Source: an uncultured Candidatus Binatia bacterium (lineage in GTDB: Bacteria; Desulfobacterota; Binatia; Bin18). From it: a stretch of DNA of 64,000 nt. Below, in pieces: positions 19,482-29,747 of the stretch (its first letter is position 1; every line of letters starts with the position of its first letter). The notes under the pieces are model-generated. The model was given only the letters and a program-made list of their open reading frames with translations. It was not told the DNA's origin and did no database searches. The stretch spans positions 3,872,001 through 3,936,000 of the forward strand of contig OZ243961.1 of the NCBI GenBank assembly GCA_965214605.1. The letters are read 5' to 3'. The position numbers and the translations under genes are program-made.

Positions 19482-20979
19482 CCTGTTTCCTCCTCAATAG
19501 TGTACTCGGCGGGGACGAAGGCCGCCGGATCAAATTCACCAGCGTCACGCCGGAGAAGGCGATCATTCATCCGCAACGTGATTGGTTGTCGGCTGCACGT
19601 CCCTGGTTGGGTCCAAGCAAGACAGGACAGGAAAAAACATCCTCCGCAATTGTGTCCATTTCTCCATTACCGACAATTCTTTGGATATGTAAAGGATTCG
19701 CCGTTCCGTGGAATGAGAATGGCCACCCCGTTGTCGCGAGGTATCCTTCATTGTTGTCGGTCTGTAGCCAAGTGCCGATAGCGGGATTTACTATTCTAGA
19801 TTGATCGTTTCCATGGCGGAGTTCCGCATACAGGCGCATCGGTACCATGTTGTGTTTGCCAATCTCGACAACGGAGACATCTGCGGTGTCGGTGAGTAGG
19901 TCTTGCGACTTGAGAAAGTCTACCGCCTTGAGAATCCCACGACGTTCGCTATCAAACAAACGGCCATCGCGGTGAATCGTAACGGACTGTATCGCATGGT
20001 GTTGTGACGCGGACTCGGAACGCACGATCTCGACGAGGGAATGGGCCGCTTCTTCAGGCATGAGCTTTTCTGTCTGCCGAATACTCTGGGTCTCGAATCG
20101 GACCTGTGTCCCATATCCGCTGATAGCAAGCAGGCCGCAGAGCCCATTCTTCACATCAATACCGACGATCATTTCAGTATGGGTCGGGTCTGATAGGACA
20201 AACGGCCAGTGTCCGTTGTTGAGGAAGATGTGGTTCAGGGCAACATTCCGCAGATAGCCACGGCGTTTTCCGCGCCTACGTTCATCTGCTCTGTAGCGCC
20301 AGGTGCCATCGTTGTCCTTTTCCGCTCGATAACAAGGACGAGTCGACTCAGCATGAATCACGGCTGCATACAGCTCGAACTCGTCACGGAGTTGCCGAGT
20401 CAGGTAGGCAGCCAATGGATCTTCCTTTCGAGCCTCTCTACCGGGGCTCTCATGAACCATAACAAGAGCGTGGGCCGGCTCTGGTTTTGCTTGTCTGATG
20501 GCTTCTAGGATATATTCAGCCTGGCGCGCGAGACGCCTATTCCCTGTGTCATCGTAGACAATAATCTCCGGCCGATAGCCGTGATGGCCGGCGTACAGAC
20601 GACGGACTTGGTGATCCAGATTCTCGATAAACTGTTCGCCGTAGGTGTCCATAACACTGTGCGGCAATATAGCATACTGCCGCGCTAACGGATCATTGCT
20701 GTAGATTCCCGCTTCTCTGGACTCCAGCATCCGGATTCGCTGTTGCCCCCATTCTGGGAACTGACAGAAGTGCGAGGCGGAATCCCGTCGTACGGAGAGA
20801 GTCTTGTTTTGTCCAAAACGGAGATCAGGTACCAGAAACCTACGTGTTCGCCCCCGGACCCCCTGGTCCGCTAGCAAGAGCCGCACCCCATCAATTTCGA
20901 GACGATTGAGGTAACGTGAAACAGCCGCCCGACTCCGCCCCAGCCGCTCCTCTGGTTCAATGAGCGTGGCCGCCACCAA
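19478..20979 (-). CDS. ago: Prokaryotic Argonaute (L2-MID-PIWI), N-terminally truncated, frameshift at about 19635
   Basis: PDLRFG (L2); IVGIDV, QTEKL, TIHRDG; one extra T restores LSCLAWTQP..SRQPITLRMND..., giving a DEDD-like tetrad. Confidence 0.85.
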
Positions 20980-20986
20980 GTACTCT

Positions 20987-21134
20987 ATGCCGGAGCGGAT
21001 CGACGCCGCACCGGAGCGGCTAGCGGAAGTCGTACTTGGCGTAAAGCCTAAGAACCACTGGGATTATGAGGCCGCGACGGGGCGGACACGGACGCGGCAA
21101 TCGGGTTGATTTTGGTACACAGGTCTATAATTCC
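20987..21134 (+). mobile_element. Possible IS remnant: 40-aa ORF (20987-21109) and terminus-like TATAATTCCC at the island edge
   Basis: MPERIDAAPERLAEVVLGVKPKNHWDY resembles small ORFs I recall beside IS1595-type transposases; unverified. Confidence 0.3.
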
Positions 21135-21152
21135 CTTTCGAAAAGTCCTGGC

Positions 21153-22157
21153 TCATGAGCCAGGACGCCGGGCGACTTCCGGAACCTCTAGTATAATCTT
21201 GCCGAAATTCCGGTTGTCTTCCATGTACCGGTGAGCCTCGGCAGCTTGGGCTAGTGGAAAAACCGTATCAATAATCGGTTTGATTTTTCCCGCTGTGAGC
21301 AGCGGCAGCCAGTTTTGCTTAAAGCGCTTGGTGATTGCAATTTTCTCCTCAAGTGTGCGGCTGCGCAGCACCGAGCCGAAGATCTGGAGTCGTTTGGTCA
21401 GAATCAGACCTAGATTGGTCTCAACTTTCACCCCGCCCATCACCCCGACCAACACCAAACGGCCGCCGATCTTCAAGCTGCGCAGGTTCTTGTCCCAATA
21501 CGCCGCGCCGATGAAGTCCTCAATGACGTCCACGCCTTGTCCCTGAGTCAGCCCGCGGACCCACTCGGCAAAATCCTGGTCTTTATAGTTGCAGCCTACC
21601 TCCGCGCCGAGTTCGACACAGCGCCGAATTTTATCCGCAGATCCGGCGGTAATCAGAATCCGCGCGCCCCTCTCCCGAGCCATCTGGATGCCGGCCGTCC
21701 CCACCCCGCTCGCTCCAGCGTGGATCAGAATGGTCTCACCGGCGTTGAGACCGCCTAGGGTAAAGATCGTTTCTTGGGCGGTGAGGTAGACCTCGGGCAC
21801 TGCGGCGGCTTGGCTAAAGCTCCAGCCGTCCGGGATAGGTATGGCCATCCGCGCGTCAATGACGGCCTTCTCGGCATAACCGCCGCTCCCAACCAGACCA
21901 AAAACACGGTCGCCTAGCCCAAAGTCGTGCACGGCTGAACCGACCGCTTCCACCTCACCGGCCAGTTCCAGACCTAGGATGTCTGATTCTCCGGGTGGTG
22001 GCGGGTAGGCGCCGATACGCTGCATGGTATCGGCACGGTTGAGGGCAGAGGCGCGGACCCGAACGAGCAGTTGATTTGGGCTCGGGGCCGGGTCGGCGAC
22101 ATCGGTAAGCCCTAAGACCTCAGGTCCACCGGGTTTTGTAAAAGTGATAGCTTTCAT
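21153..22157 (-). CDS. NAD(P)H-quinone oxidoreductase, PIG3 family
   Basis: LNRADTMQR.GAYPPPPG..ILGLE; HAGASGVG; GKIIL. Confidence 0.9.
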   Translation of the reverse strand: MKAITFTKPGGPEVLGLTDVADPAPSPNQLLVRVRASALNRADTMQRIGAYPPPPGESDILGLELAGEVEAVGSAVHDFGLGDRVFGLVGSGGYAEKAVIDARMAIPIPDGWSFSQAAAVPEVYLTAQETIFTLGGLNAGETILIHAGASGVGTAGIQMARERGARILITAGSADKIRRCVELGAEVGCNYKDQDFAEWVRGLTQGQGVDVIEDFIGAAYWDKNLRSLKIGGRLVLVGVMGGVKVETNLGLILTKRLQIFGSVLRSRTLEEKIAITKRFKQNWLPLLTAGKIKPIIDTVFPLAQAAEAHRYMEDNRNFGKIILEVPEVARRPGS

Positions 22158-22165
22158 AGCTGGGG

Positions 22166-22957
22166 CTACTTTCCCTTAAAGGTCGGCTTACGTTTTTCCA
22201 TAAACGCCCTCACCCCCTCGGCAAAATCGGGTGACTGGGCCGAGATCGTAATGGAGCGCGCTTCGTTGTGGAGCTGTTCTTGGAAAGAACTGCCAAAGCT
22301 CTGGTTTAACAGCAGCTTGGTCCGACCAAACGCCGCGGTCGGTCCTTGGGCCAACTCATCGGCTAGGCGCATGGCCTCCTCCAAGACGTTTGCGGGAGGG
22401 ACGACCGTGGTGGCCAAGCCGAGATCGAGCGCTTCCTGGGCCGATACCGAGGTGTTGCGCATAAACAGTTCCGTGGCCTTTCCCATACCGACAAAACGGG
22501 GCAAAAAGAAGGTCGAGCTGGAGTCTGGACTGGCCCCAATGCCGAGAAAAGCGGTGACGAGGCTGGCCTTGGCAGACATAATCCGAAAATCGCAGGCCAG
22601 GGCTAAGCCTAGCCCCCCGCCTGCCGCCACGCCGTTCAGCGCGGCAATCACCGGCTTTTGAATCTCGCGGACCAGAGAAATCGCCGCGTGCAGCATAGGC
22701 ATCATCTTTTCAAAGCTGGGTCCGATCGTTTGGGTTTTGAGCTCACTGACAAAAAACTTGATATCTCCCCCACCGCTAAAAGCCCGACCGTTGCCGGTCA
22801 GAATAACCGCCCGGACATCCGTCTCATCGGCGCACTCCTGGAGAGACCGGCGTAAGTCAATCGACAGGGCGGCGTTCATGACGTTGAACTGCTCGGGGCG
22901 GTTGAGGGTAATGGTGGCAACATGACCTTGGCGTTCTAACAGGACGGCATCTCCCAT
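22166..22957 (-). CDS. Enoyl-CoA hydratase/isomerase
   Basis: RAFSGGGDI; KPVIAALNGVAAGGGLGLALACD. Confidence 0.9.
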   Translation of the reverse strand: MGDAVLLERQGHVATITLNRPEQFNVMNAALSIDLRRSLQECADETDVRAVILTGNGRAFSGGGDIKFFVSELKTQTIGPSFEKMMPMLHAAISLVREIQKPVIAALNGVAAGGGLGLALACDFRIMSAKASLVTAFLGIGASPDSSSTFFLPRFVGMGKATELFMRNTSVSAQEALDLGLATTVVPPANVLEEAMRLADELAQGPTAAFGRTKLLLNQSFGSSFQEQLHNEARSITISAQSPDFAEGVRAFMEKRKPTFKGK

Positions 22958-23087
22958 CGTGTTCTCCTTCTCGTGCATCGGTGGTCCTGCCGCTTACCCG
23001 CTTGACTGGGCGGACAGGATCATCGAACATATTCCAGCTCTGACCCCATATAAAATTCTCGTCGCTAGCGAAAGAGAGGAGCCGTGT

Positions 23088-23537
23088 ATGCCGGTCAAAC
23101 AAACCACCCCGCCCCAAGCCTATCAGACCCTGAGCACTGATCCGTCGGTCATCTATCTCGACGTGCGGACCGAGGCCGAATTTACCGCTGGTCATCCTGA
23201 AGGGGCAATTAATATTCCGGTCGTCTTTTTTGATCTGACTACCCGACAGCCGAGCCCGAATCCAAATTTTCAGGCGATTGTCGAGGCGAATATTGCCAAA
23301 GGGGTGGCGGTGATTGTCGGCTGCCAGGCGGGTGGACGCTCCCAACGCGCGGCCGAGATCATGGAGCAGGCCGGCTATAGCAATGTCACAAATATGCAGG
23401 GCGGGTTTGGTGGCGGGCAGAACCCGGCCGGTCGGGTGGTGGCGGGATGGCGCGATGCCGGGCTGCCGATCGGTACCGATAACGGCAACGGGGTCAGCTA
23501 CGCCTCCCTGGCTGCCAAAGCGGGGCTCGAGGGATAG
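23088..23537 (+). CDS. Rhodanese-like domain protein
   Basis: LDVRTEAEFTAGHPEGAINIP; CQAGGRS. Confidence 0.9.
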   Translation: MPVKQTTPPQAYQTLSTDPSVIYLDVRTEAEFTAGHPEGAINIPVVFFDLTTRQPSPNPNFQAIVEANIAKGVAVIVGCQAGGRSQRAAEIMEQAGYSNVTNMQGGFGGGQNPAGRVVAGWRDAGLPIGTDNGNGVSYASLAAKAGLEG

Positions 23538-23953
23538 TCTGCGAAAACCGACTCGACCCGGCTTCGATTGACTGCCAGGCGTGAGGATGCTTGGGTAATT
23601 CGGATACAAGCACGGCACCTCTCCCATCCGAGACACACGCTTTCGTGCAAGAGTTGACCTCGCTCTGTTGGAAGCGCGGGCCACAGGGCCCGCGCGTTCA
23701 CCGGCGACCCTGATTCGGTGACAAATGCCGACAAAACAAGACCTCAGTGAGAAGCCCGCCTCAGCGGCGATGTGAGAGAGCTAGGGGTGCGCCTCAAGCC
23801 TCACTCAACACCGCACGGCTCGGGGCTTGATGACGGTAGCGGCTGTCGGCGTTGTCGCCGCGTGGCTGCTAATGAGTGTGAGTATTGCAGACCGCTCCGA
23901 GGGTTCTTGATGCGGTTCCCCTTCACCTTTTCGACGATTGCGGCGCGGGTCCG

Positions 23954-24964
23954 CTACTCGGCCAGACACTCCTTAATCGCCCGGTCAATAAAATCGGTGT
24001 CAACCGGATTAATACCAGCCCCACAGAAGTGGCCCCAGATGGACGGTACGGCCTTCAAGATCGCGTTCGGCATGCACGCCACCTCTGCCTCGCTATCCTC
24101 GGGTGGAAAATACAAATCGGTCTGGCCCGGCATAACGACCGCACGGGCGGTGATGGAGGCCAGCGCTTTCTTGTGGTCGCCGCCAAATCCGGGCGTATCC
24201 CCGACATTGTGCGTTTGCCAGGTCTTGGCCTGAGACAATAGATCGTTGGCATCGCACTGTAGAAAGAAGGTCTCCCAAAAGCGGACCAGAAAATCTTCGA
24301 CGCTCGGATGTCCAATCTGTTTGTTTAACTCCTGCCGATACCAGGCCTGAGAGAACCCCCAGCCGGCATACACCCGAGCCATAGCGCGCAGCCCGCGGTC
24401 CGGGGCGGCCTCATACGCGCCGCCGTTCCAGGCGGCGTCGGCTTTTAAGGCCGAGGTAAAGCCCTCGATAAAAACGTGGGTGTGGGGCGTGGTTCGCGCC
24501 GCACCGCACAGCGGCACTATCCGTTCCACCATAGCCGGATGGCTCACCGCCCACTGAAAGGTTTGCTGGGCGCCCATAGAGAAGCCAGCAACGAGGGCCA
24601 GCCTCTCTATGCCGAGCTGGTTGTGGACTAGGCGGTATTGGGCCGCGACGTTGTCCCGGATGGTAATTGCCGGAAAGTGTGGACCGTTCAGCGGCGAGGG
24701 AGTGGTACTGGGCGATGAGGACAGCCCGTTGGCAAACATGTTGACGGCAATAATGCAGTAGCGGCTTGGGTCGAGACAGCGACCCGGCTGAATGAGAAAC
24801 TCATAGCCGGTGTGGTCGCCGCTATACCAGGACGGAATCAGGATGGCGTTGCTCTTTTGACCGTTCAACTCGCCATGTATCCTGTAGGCCAACTTCGCAT
24901 CGGGCAGTATCTGGCCGCATTCCAAAGGAAAGTGTCCGAGCGAAAAAAGATCATGGTCTGGCAT
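23954..24964 (-). CDS. Homoserine O-acetyltransferase-like alpha/beta hydrolase
   Basis: GFSMGAQQ nucleophile elbow; DLYFPP; SIWGH. Confidence 0.85.
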   Translation of the reverse strand: MPDHDLFSLGHFPLECGQILPDAKLAYRIHGELNGQKSNAILIPSWYSGDHTGYEFLIQPGRCLDPSRYCIIAVNMFANGLSSSPSTTPSPLNGPHFPAITIRDNVAAQYRLVHNQLGIERLALVAGFSMGAQQTFQWAVSHPAMVERIVPLCGAARTTPHTHVFIEGFTSALKADAAWNGGAYEAAPDRGLRAMARVYAGWGFSQAWYRQELNKQIGHPSVEDFLVRFWETFFLQCDANDLLSQAKTWQTHNVGDTPGFGGDHKKALASITARAVVMPGQTDLYFPPEDSEAEVACMPNAILKAVPSIWGHFCGAGINPVDTDFIDRAIKECLAE

Positions 24965-25706
24965 TTGTATCCCTCTGTGTGTCTTCCAACACTTTCAAGT
25001 AGGCCTGGACCGCATTCTCTAGTCCCATGTCCAAGGCATCACAAATCAAGGCATGCCCAATCGACACTTCGAGCAGGTTTGGGATGTGCTGCACAAAATA
25101 GGGGAGATTGTCCAGATTCAAATCGTGTCCGGCATTGAGTCCCAGATCAACCGCCTGGGCCGTCAGGGCGGCCTGATGATAGGGGTGAAAGCCATGCTCT
25201 CGTTCCGGGCTGCCGAACAGACGCGCGTAGCGTTCGGTGTACAGCTCGATCCGCTCCGCGCCGAGGTCTTTTGCCCGTCGGACTTGGTCGGGGTCGGGAT
25301 CAAGGAACAGGCTGGTCCGAATACCGTTGTTGCTCAGTCGCTTCAGGATAGCACTCAACCATTGCGTATCACCGTCCAAATTCCAGCCCTGATCTGAGGT
25401 CAAGACATCAGGACCATCCGGGACCAGGGTACACTGAGTCGGACGCACCTCGCATACCAAGTTCAGCAGTTCGGGCGAAGGGTAGCCTTCGATGTTGAAC
25501 TCCGCCTCTTGTTCGGCCAGCATGCCCCCCAAGTCGTACACGTCCTGGTACCGAATATGGCGTGCGTCAGGGCGTGGATGCACAGTAATGCCGTGGCAGC
25601 CGGCCTTGATACACGTTTGGGCGGCTTGGGCAACGTTTGGTCGGGCGCCTCCCCGGGCGTTGCGCAGCGTGGCGATTTTGTTGACGTTGACGCTGAGTTG
25701 CACCAT
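24951..25706 (-). CDS. pdxJ: Pyridoxine 5'-phosphate synthase
   Basis: LSVNVNKIATLRNARG; ITVHPRPD; NAGHDL; EVSIGHA. Confidence 0.95.
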   Translation of the reverse strand: MVQLSVNVNKIATLRNARGGARPNVAQAAQTCIKAGCHGITVHPRPDARHIRYQDVYDLGGMLAEQEAEFNIEGYPSPELLNLVCEVRPTQCTLVPDGPDVLTSDQGWNLDGDTQWLSAILKRLSNNGIRTSLFLDPDPDQVRRAKDLGAERIELYTERYARLFGSPEREHGFHPYHQAALTAQAVDLGLNAGHDLNLDNLPYFVQHIPNLLEVSIGHALICDALDMGLENAVQAYLKVLEDTQRDTNARP

Positions 25707-25811
25707 TGTCTGACCCCGAATGAGCTCCTTGTTGTGACGGCTTGTGGGAAGAGCGGGCGTTTGGTGTATTATGTCCTTCTACCCCCGATATGCAAAGGGG
25801 AGGGAGAACGC

Positions 25812-27005
25812 ATGGACTCATATCTCCACGAACTCACACGGCGCCTGATCGCCTACAATACGGTCAGTCTCAACACCAATGCTCCAGCCATGGATTATCT
25901 TGGTGAACAACTGGAAGGGCACGGTTTTCGGGTGGTACTGCAACGGACCGAGGTGGGCGGTGCGCAAAAAGTCAACCTGACCGCTTGTGCCGGGCCGCCC
26001 GAACCGGATGGGCTGATTATTTCCGGCCATGTGGACACGGTTCCCTTTGCAGACCAGCCGGGCTGGACCCGCGATCCCCTGCGGCTTGGGATTGAAGACG
26101 ACCGGGTATACGGCCGGGGAACCTCGGACATGAAAGCGTTTATCGCTCAGTGTGTGGATGCGGCAGCCCAGCTTGAGCTGAGCACGCTCGCCCGCCCACT
26201 GGTGTTTGTGTTTACCGCAGATGAAGAAGTCGGGATGCTCGGCGCCGAGCGGCTGCTGCCGGACTTACCGCTGGCCCTGCGTGACCTTCCCCGGCCCCGC
26301 TTGGCCTGGATCGGCGAGCCGACCTCGGATCAGGTGTTTCATACTCACAAAGGCGTTGCTCTGGTGACGATCACAGTGCATGGCCGAGGCGGCCACAGCA
26401 GTGTGCCGGAAAAAGGAGCGAACGCGATTGCAGTGGCCGGTAGGGTTATTGAGGCGATCGGTCGCTACCAGGCTGAGCTGCGGACCCAAGCCTCGGCCGA
26501 ATTTGCCACTCTGTTTCCCGAGGCACCCTACACCAGCCTCAATTTCGGTTTGATTCGAGGGGGCACCGCAGCCAACATGATTGCCGAACAATGCACCCTG
26601 CTGCTCAGCTACCGCCCGCTACCGCGAACCGATCCCACCGAGCTCTATGAGGAGATCGTCCGCCGCGTTCGAGCTGTCGATACTCGCGATTACGGCTCTG
26701 AGCTGCGGCCGACCATCGAGGTGGGCGACCCCTTTATTGCCCCGCCCCTCTTATCGCCGCGCCACACTCCGCTGGAACGGGTATTGTTTGCCGAATTCGA
26801 CACCACAACAAGCGGCGGTGCGCCGTTTGGCACCGACGGCTGCCAGTTCGCCCGAGCCGGGATTGATTCCCTGATTTGCGGACCCGGTGATCTCGACCAG
26901 GCTCATCAGCCAAACGAGAGCATCCGGCGCGAGGCTTTTGAGGCCGGCTCGCAGCATATTCTGTCGATTATTCATAAGATGTGTGTGGTGCAACAGCCTC
27001 TCTGA
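25812..27005 (+). CDS. argE: Acetylornithine deacetylase / M20 peptidase
   Basis: SGHVDTVP; GRGTSDMK; DEEVG; GEPT; AHQPNE. Confidence 0.8.
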   Translation: MDSYLHELTRRLIAYNTVSLNTNAPAMDYLGEQLEGHGFRVVLQRTEVGGAQKVNLTACAGPPEPDGLIISGHVDTVPFADQPGWTRDPLRLGIEDDRVYGRGTSDMKAFIAQCVDAAAQLELSTLARPLVFVFTADEEVGMLGAERLLPDLPLALRDLPRPRLAWIGEPTSDQVFHTHKGVALVTITVHGRGGHSSVPEKGANAIAVAGRVIEAIGRYQAELRTQASAEFATLFPEAPYTSLNFGLIRGGTAANMIAEQCTLLLSYRPLPRTDPTELYEEIVRRVRAVDTRDYGSELRPTIEVGDPFIAPPLLSPRHTPLERVLFAEFDTTTSGGAPFGTDGCQFARAGIDSLICGPGDLDQAHQPNESIRREAFEAGSQHILSIIHKMCVVQQPL

Positions 27006-27015
27006 GGAGGGCGGT

Positions 27016-28107
27016 ATGAAAGCGAACGTTGCCATCTTTGGCGGGGCCAGGAAGGCCATGGAATTTCGGGAATATCCCCTCCCGGACGTGGGTCCGGAAG
27101 ATATGCTGGTCAAAATCCACCGCGCAAATATTTGTGGATCCGATCTCCACCTGTGGCGTGGCGCTGGTCCGGGTATGCCGAGAGGTCGGGCGGTTGTGTC
27201 TGGGCACGAAATGGTCGGCACGCTCTCCCGTCTGGGCAGAGCCGTCCGGCGAGATTGTTTGAGCCAGCCTTTGGCTGAGGGCGACCGGGTGGCCTATACC
27301 TACTTTATTCCGTGCGGTACTTGCCCGGCCTGTCTGCACGGCTCCTCGGCCTGCCCCAACCGCTACCGTCACTGGATGCGTGACGCAGATGAGCCACCGC
27401 ATTTTCGTGGCGCCTACGGCGAGTATTATTATCTGCGCAAGGGCCAGACCGTGTGCAAAGTCCCGCCCGAGCTGAGTGACGCAGCGGTTTCGCCGGTCAA
27501 CTGTGCGTTGTGCGAATCCTTGTACGGCCTCGATCAGATCGGCCTGCAACTCGGCGATACGATTGTGATTCAGGGGGCTGGCGGATTGGGCCTGTACGCG
27601 GCGGCTCTGGCCAAAGACATGGGGGCCGCTCAGGTCATCATCTTTGACCGTCTGCCCGACCGCTTAGCCCTAGCCAAAGAGTTTGGTGCCGATATCGCGG
27701 TCAACATCGATGAGGTCGACCAAAAGGTGCGCCGTGAGCTGGTATTTGATCATACCCGGGGGCATGGTGCCGACGTGGTGGCGGAGTTCGTCGGCGCCCC
27801 GCACGCCGTAGACGAGGGGGTCCGGCTGTTGCGTCAGGCCGGTCGCTACTTTTGGGTGGGGAATATTACGCCCGGCCCGCAGTCCAGCCTTGATCCCGGG
27901 ACTGTTGTGCGGGGTGGCCAAACGATTCGGGGCGTGACGGTCTATGAGCCGTGGGTGCTCCCGCGCGCCCTCGACTGGCTGGCGCGGCGTAAAGACGCCT
28001 ATCCATTTGACCGGATTATTTCGCACACCTTCCCCTTTGTCGAGATTAACCAGGCGTTTCTGTTTGCCGATGACGGCAGAGCGATCCGGGTGTCGTTAGA
28101 GATGTAA
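27016..28107 (+). CDS. Zinc-binding alcohol dehydrogenase family
   Basis: ICGSDLH; GHEMVG; CxxCxxC; GAGGLG. Confidence 0.9.
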   Translation: MKANVAIFGGARKAMEFREYPLPDVGPEDMLVKIHRANICGSDLHLWRGAGPGMPRGRAVVSGHEMVGTLSRLGRAVRRDCLSQPLAEGDRVAYTYFIPCGTCPACLHGSSACPNRYRHWMRDADEPPHFRGAYGEYYYLRKGQTVCKVPPELSDAAVSPVNCALCESLYGLDQIGLQLGDTIVIQGAGGLGLYAAALAKDMGAAQVIIFDRLPDRLALAKEFGADIAVNIDEVDQKVRRELVFDHTRGHGADVVAEFVGAPHAVDEGVRLLRQAGRYFWVGNITPGPQSSLDPGTVVRGGQTIRGVTVYEPWVLPRALDWLARRKDAYPFDRIISHTFPFVEINQAFLFADDGRAIRVSLEM

Positions 28108-28231
28108 AGACCCTCGCCCTTGATAACGGATCTGTGCTAGGGTGCTGGGTTTTATAGAAGAACCAACTCCATTGCTCGCGTGCTGGGGGCGAACGCCACG
28201 ACCGCGTGATTTGCCCCAGGAGGCTATAAGT

Positions 28232-28834
28232 ATGTCCACAGCCGCTCCCTTCGCACCGATGGCCCTTTTCCACCGCCAGCTGCGGCCTGTCCTCAATGTG
28301 GACGAATTTTTTGTATTCCGTCGGCTTCATCTGGACCTGCGCCTTGAGAGGACAGCAGAAGGAGAGTGAGTGATGATGTCCTCAACCGCAGGAGAGGCGG
28401 GGAACCGAAAGGCACGTCTTAGCACCGCTCTCACGCTGTGGGCTCTGACCGATGGCAGCAGAGAACCTGTTCTCTCCTCTATCGGCTTCATCCTTGGAGC
28501 GCCGTACTCGCCAGGCGCCGCCTGGGTGAAATGCTCCTGCCTGGCCGGGCTGAGGCCTGAGCAGAAAAAAAAGTTTCTGGCGCTGCGTCCCGATTTCCCG
28601 ATTGAACTCCATTTGCCGTTGGACAACGTAGGGGCGCTCCAAGAAAAAATACGGGAGTATCCGGCCAATGGCCGACGCTTGAGATGGTTGCTCGACCCGT
28701 TTGACCACCGCGTTTCCGTCCACTGTTCTGTCGTGGGGTGTTTAGAGAATCCACTTCCACCTTGGGCAATCCAGAACTCCCAGGGCGCATTTTCGATCTC
28801 ACCCGTATCTGGGAGGAGAATTTCTGAGGCATAA
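28232..28834 (+). pseudogene. Uma2-family endonuclease, decayed
   Basis: LRLERTAEGE*VMMS..PDFPIEL..LQEKIREY..WLLDP; internal stop. Confidence 0.7.
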
Positions 28835-28849
28835 TTGAGGAGGACAACA

Positions 28850-29737
28850 ATGAAGTTTGCACTGATGGGGGTTGGCAGTGGTTCAACGGCCCGCCCCGAT
28901 ATTCTCGTCCAGGTTGCCCAAAAGGGCGAAGAGCTGGGCTTTGAGTCGGCCTGGATTCCGGAACACTTGGCCGTGCCGGTGGAGATGAAGGCTCGCTACC
29001 CAGGCTCGGCCGATGGCAAGTTTCCCGGCGGGTCCGGCGTGGCGCTGCACGACCCGTTTGTGGCCCTGTCGTTTGTGGCGGCTCAGACTACGACGCTCAA
29101 GCTTGGTACCGGCGTTTTTGTCCTGCCGCTGCGCAACACAATCAGCGTGGCCAAAGCGGTTGCGAGTTTGGACGTGCTGTCGCGGGGACGGGTTATTTTT
29201 GGTATCGGCGTCGGCTGGTGTGAAGAGGAGTTTGACGCCGTTGGTATGCCGTTTAAGAACCGGGCTGGCCGGACTCGGGAAGCGGTGAGCGTGATGCGGG
29301 CGCTGTGGACCGAAGAAACGCCACAATTTGCCGGCACTCATCATCGTTTTCAGCCGGTCGGCTTTAACCCCAAACCGGTCCAGAAACCGCATCCCCCCGT
29401 AGTCTTTGGCGGCGACAGTCGAGCGGCCCTCAAGCGCACGGCCGAACTGGCCGATGGCTGGTGCGGCCTGCGCTATACGCCGGACAGCGTCAGGCCCTAT
29501 CTGGCGACCCTCAAGGAACTGACCGAGCAGGCCGGCCGTGACTTTGCTCAGCTTGAAATCACGGTCGGACTCGATCCAAGTGTCGAGCTGAGGCTCGACA
29601 CCGTGAAACGCTTTGAGGACGCCGGAGTGCACCGGCTGTTTGCTTTTTCTCCGGGTTGGATACGCCGGTCGCGTTTTGACACCGACCTGTACCCGTCCAT
29701 GGAACGCTTTGCCAATCAGGTGATGGCCCGCACATAA
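28850..29737 (+). CDS. LLM-class (probably F420-dependent) oxidoreductase
   Basis: GFESAWIPEH; DPFVAL; PKPVQKPHPP. Confidence 0.9.
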   Translation: MKFALMGVGSGSTARPDILVQVAQKGEELGFESAWIPEHLAVPVEMKARYPGSADGKFPGGSGVALHDPFVALSFVAAQTTTLKLGTGVFVLPLRNTISVAKAVASLDVLSRGRVIFGIGVGWCEEEFDAVGMPFKNRAGRTREAVSVMRALWTEETPQFAGTHHRFQPVGFNPKPVQKPHPPVVFGGDSRAALKRTAELADGWCGLRYTPDSVRPYLATLKELTEQAGRDFAQLEITVGLDPSVELRLDTVKRFEDAGVHRLFAFSPGWIRRSRFDTDLYPSMERFANQVMART

Positions 29738-29747
29738 GGAGCAGCGG

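Noticed and set aside
19478-20979. Short pAgo system (SPARTA/SPARSA)
   Set aside because: No APAZ, TIR or SIR2 partner is seen, and the catalytic residues appear intact.
1-21100. Self-targeting of the island by array spacers
   Set aside because: No convincing match found by eye; an exhaustive alignment was not possible.
23540-23950. Long intergenic region as a possible ncRNA
   Set aside because: Only weak hairpins, no second copy and no recognisable family.
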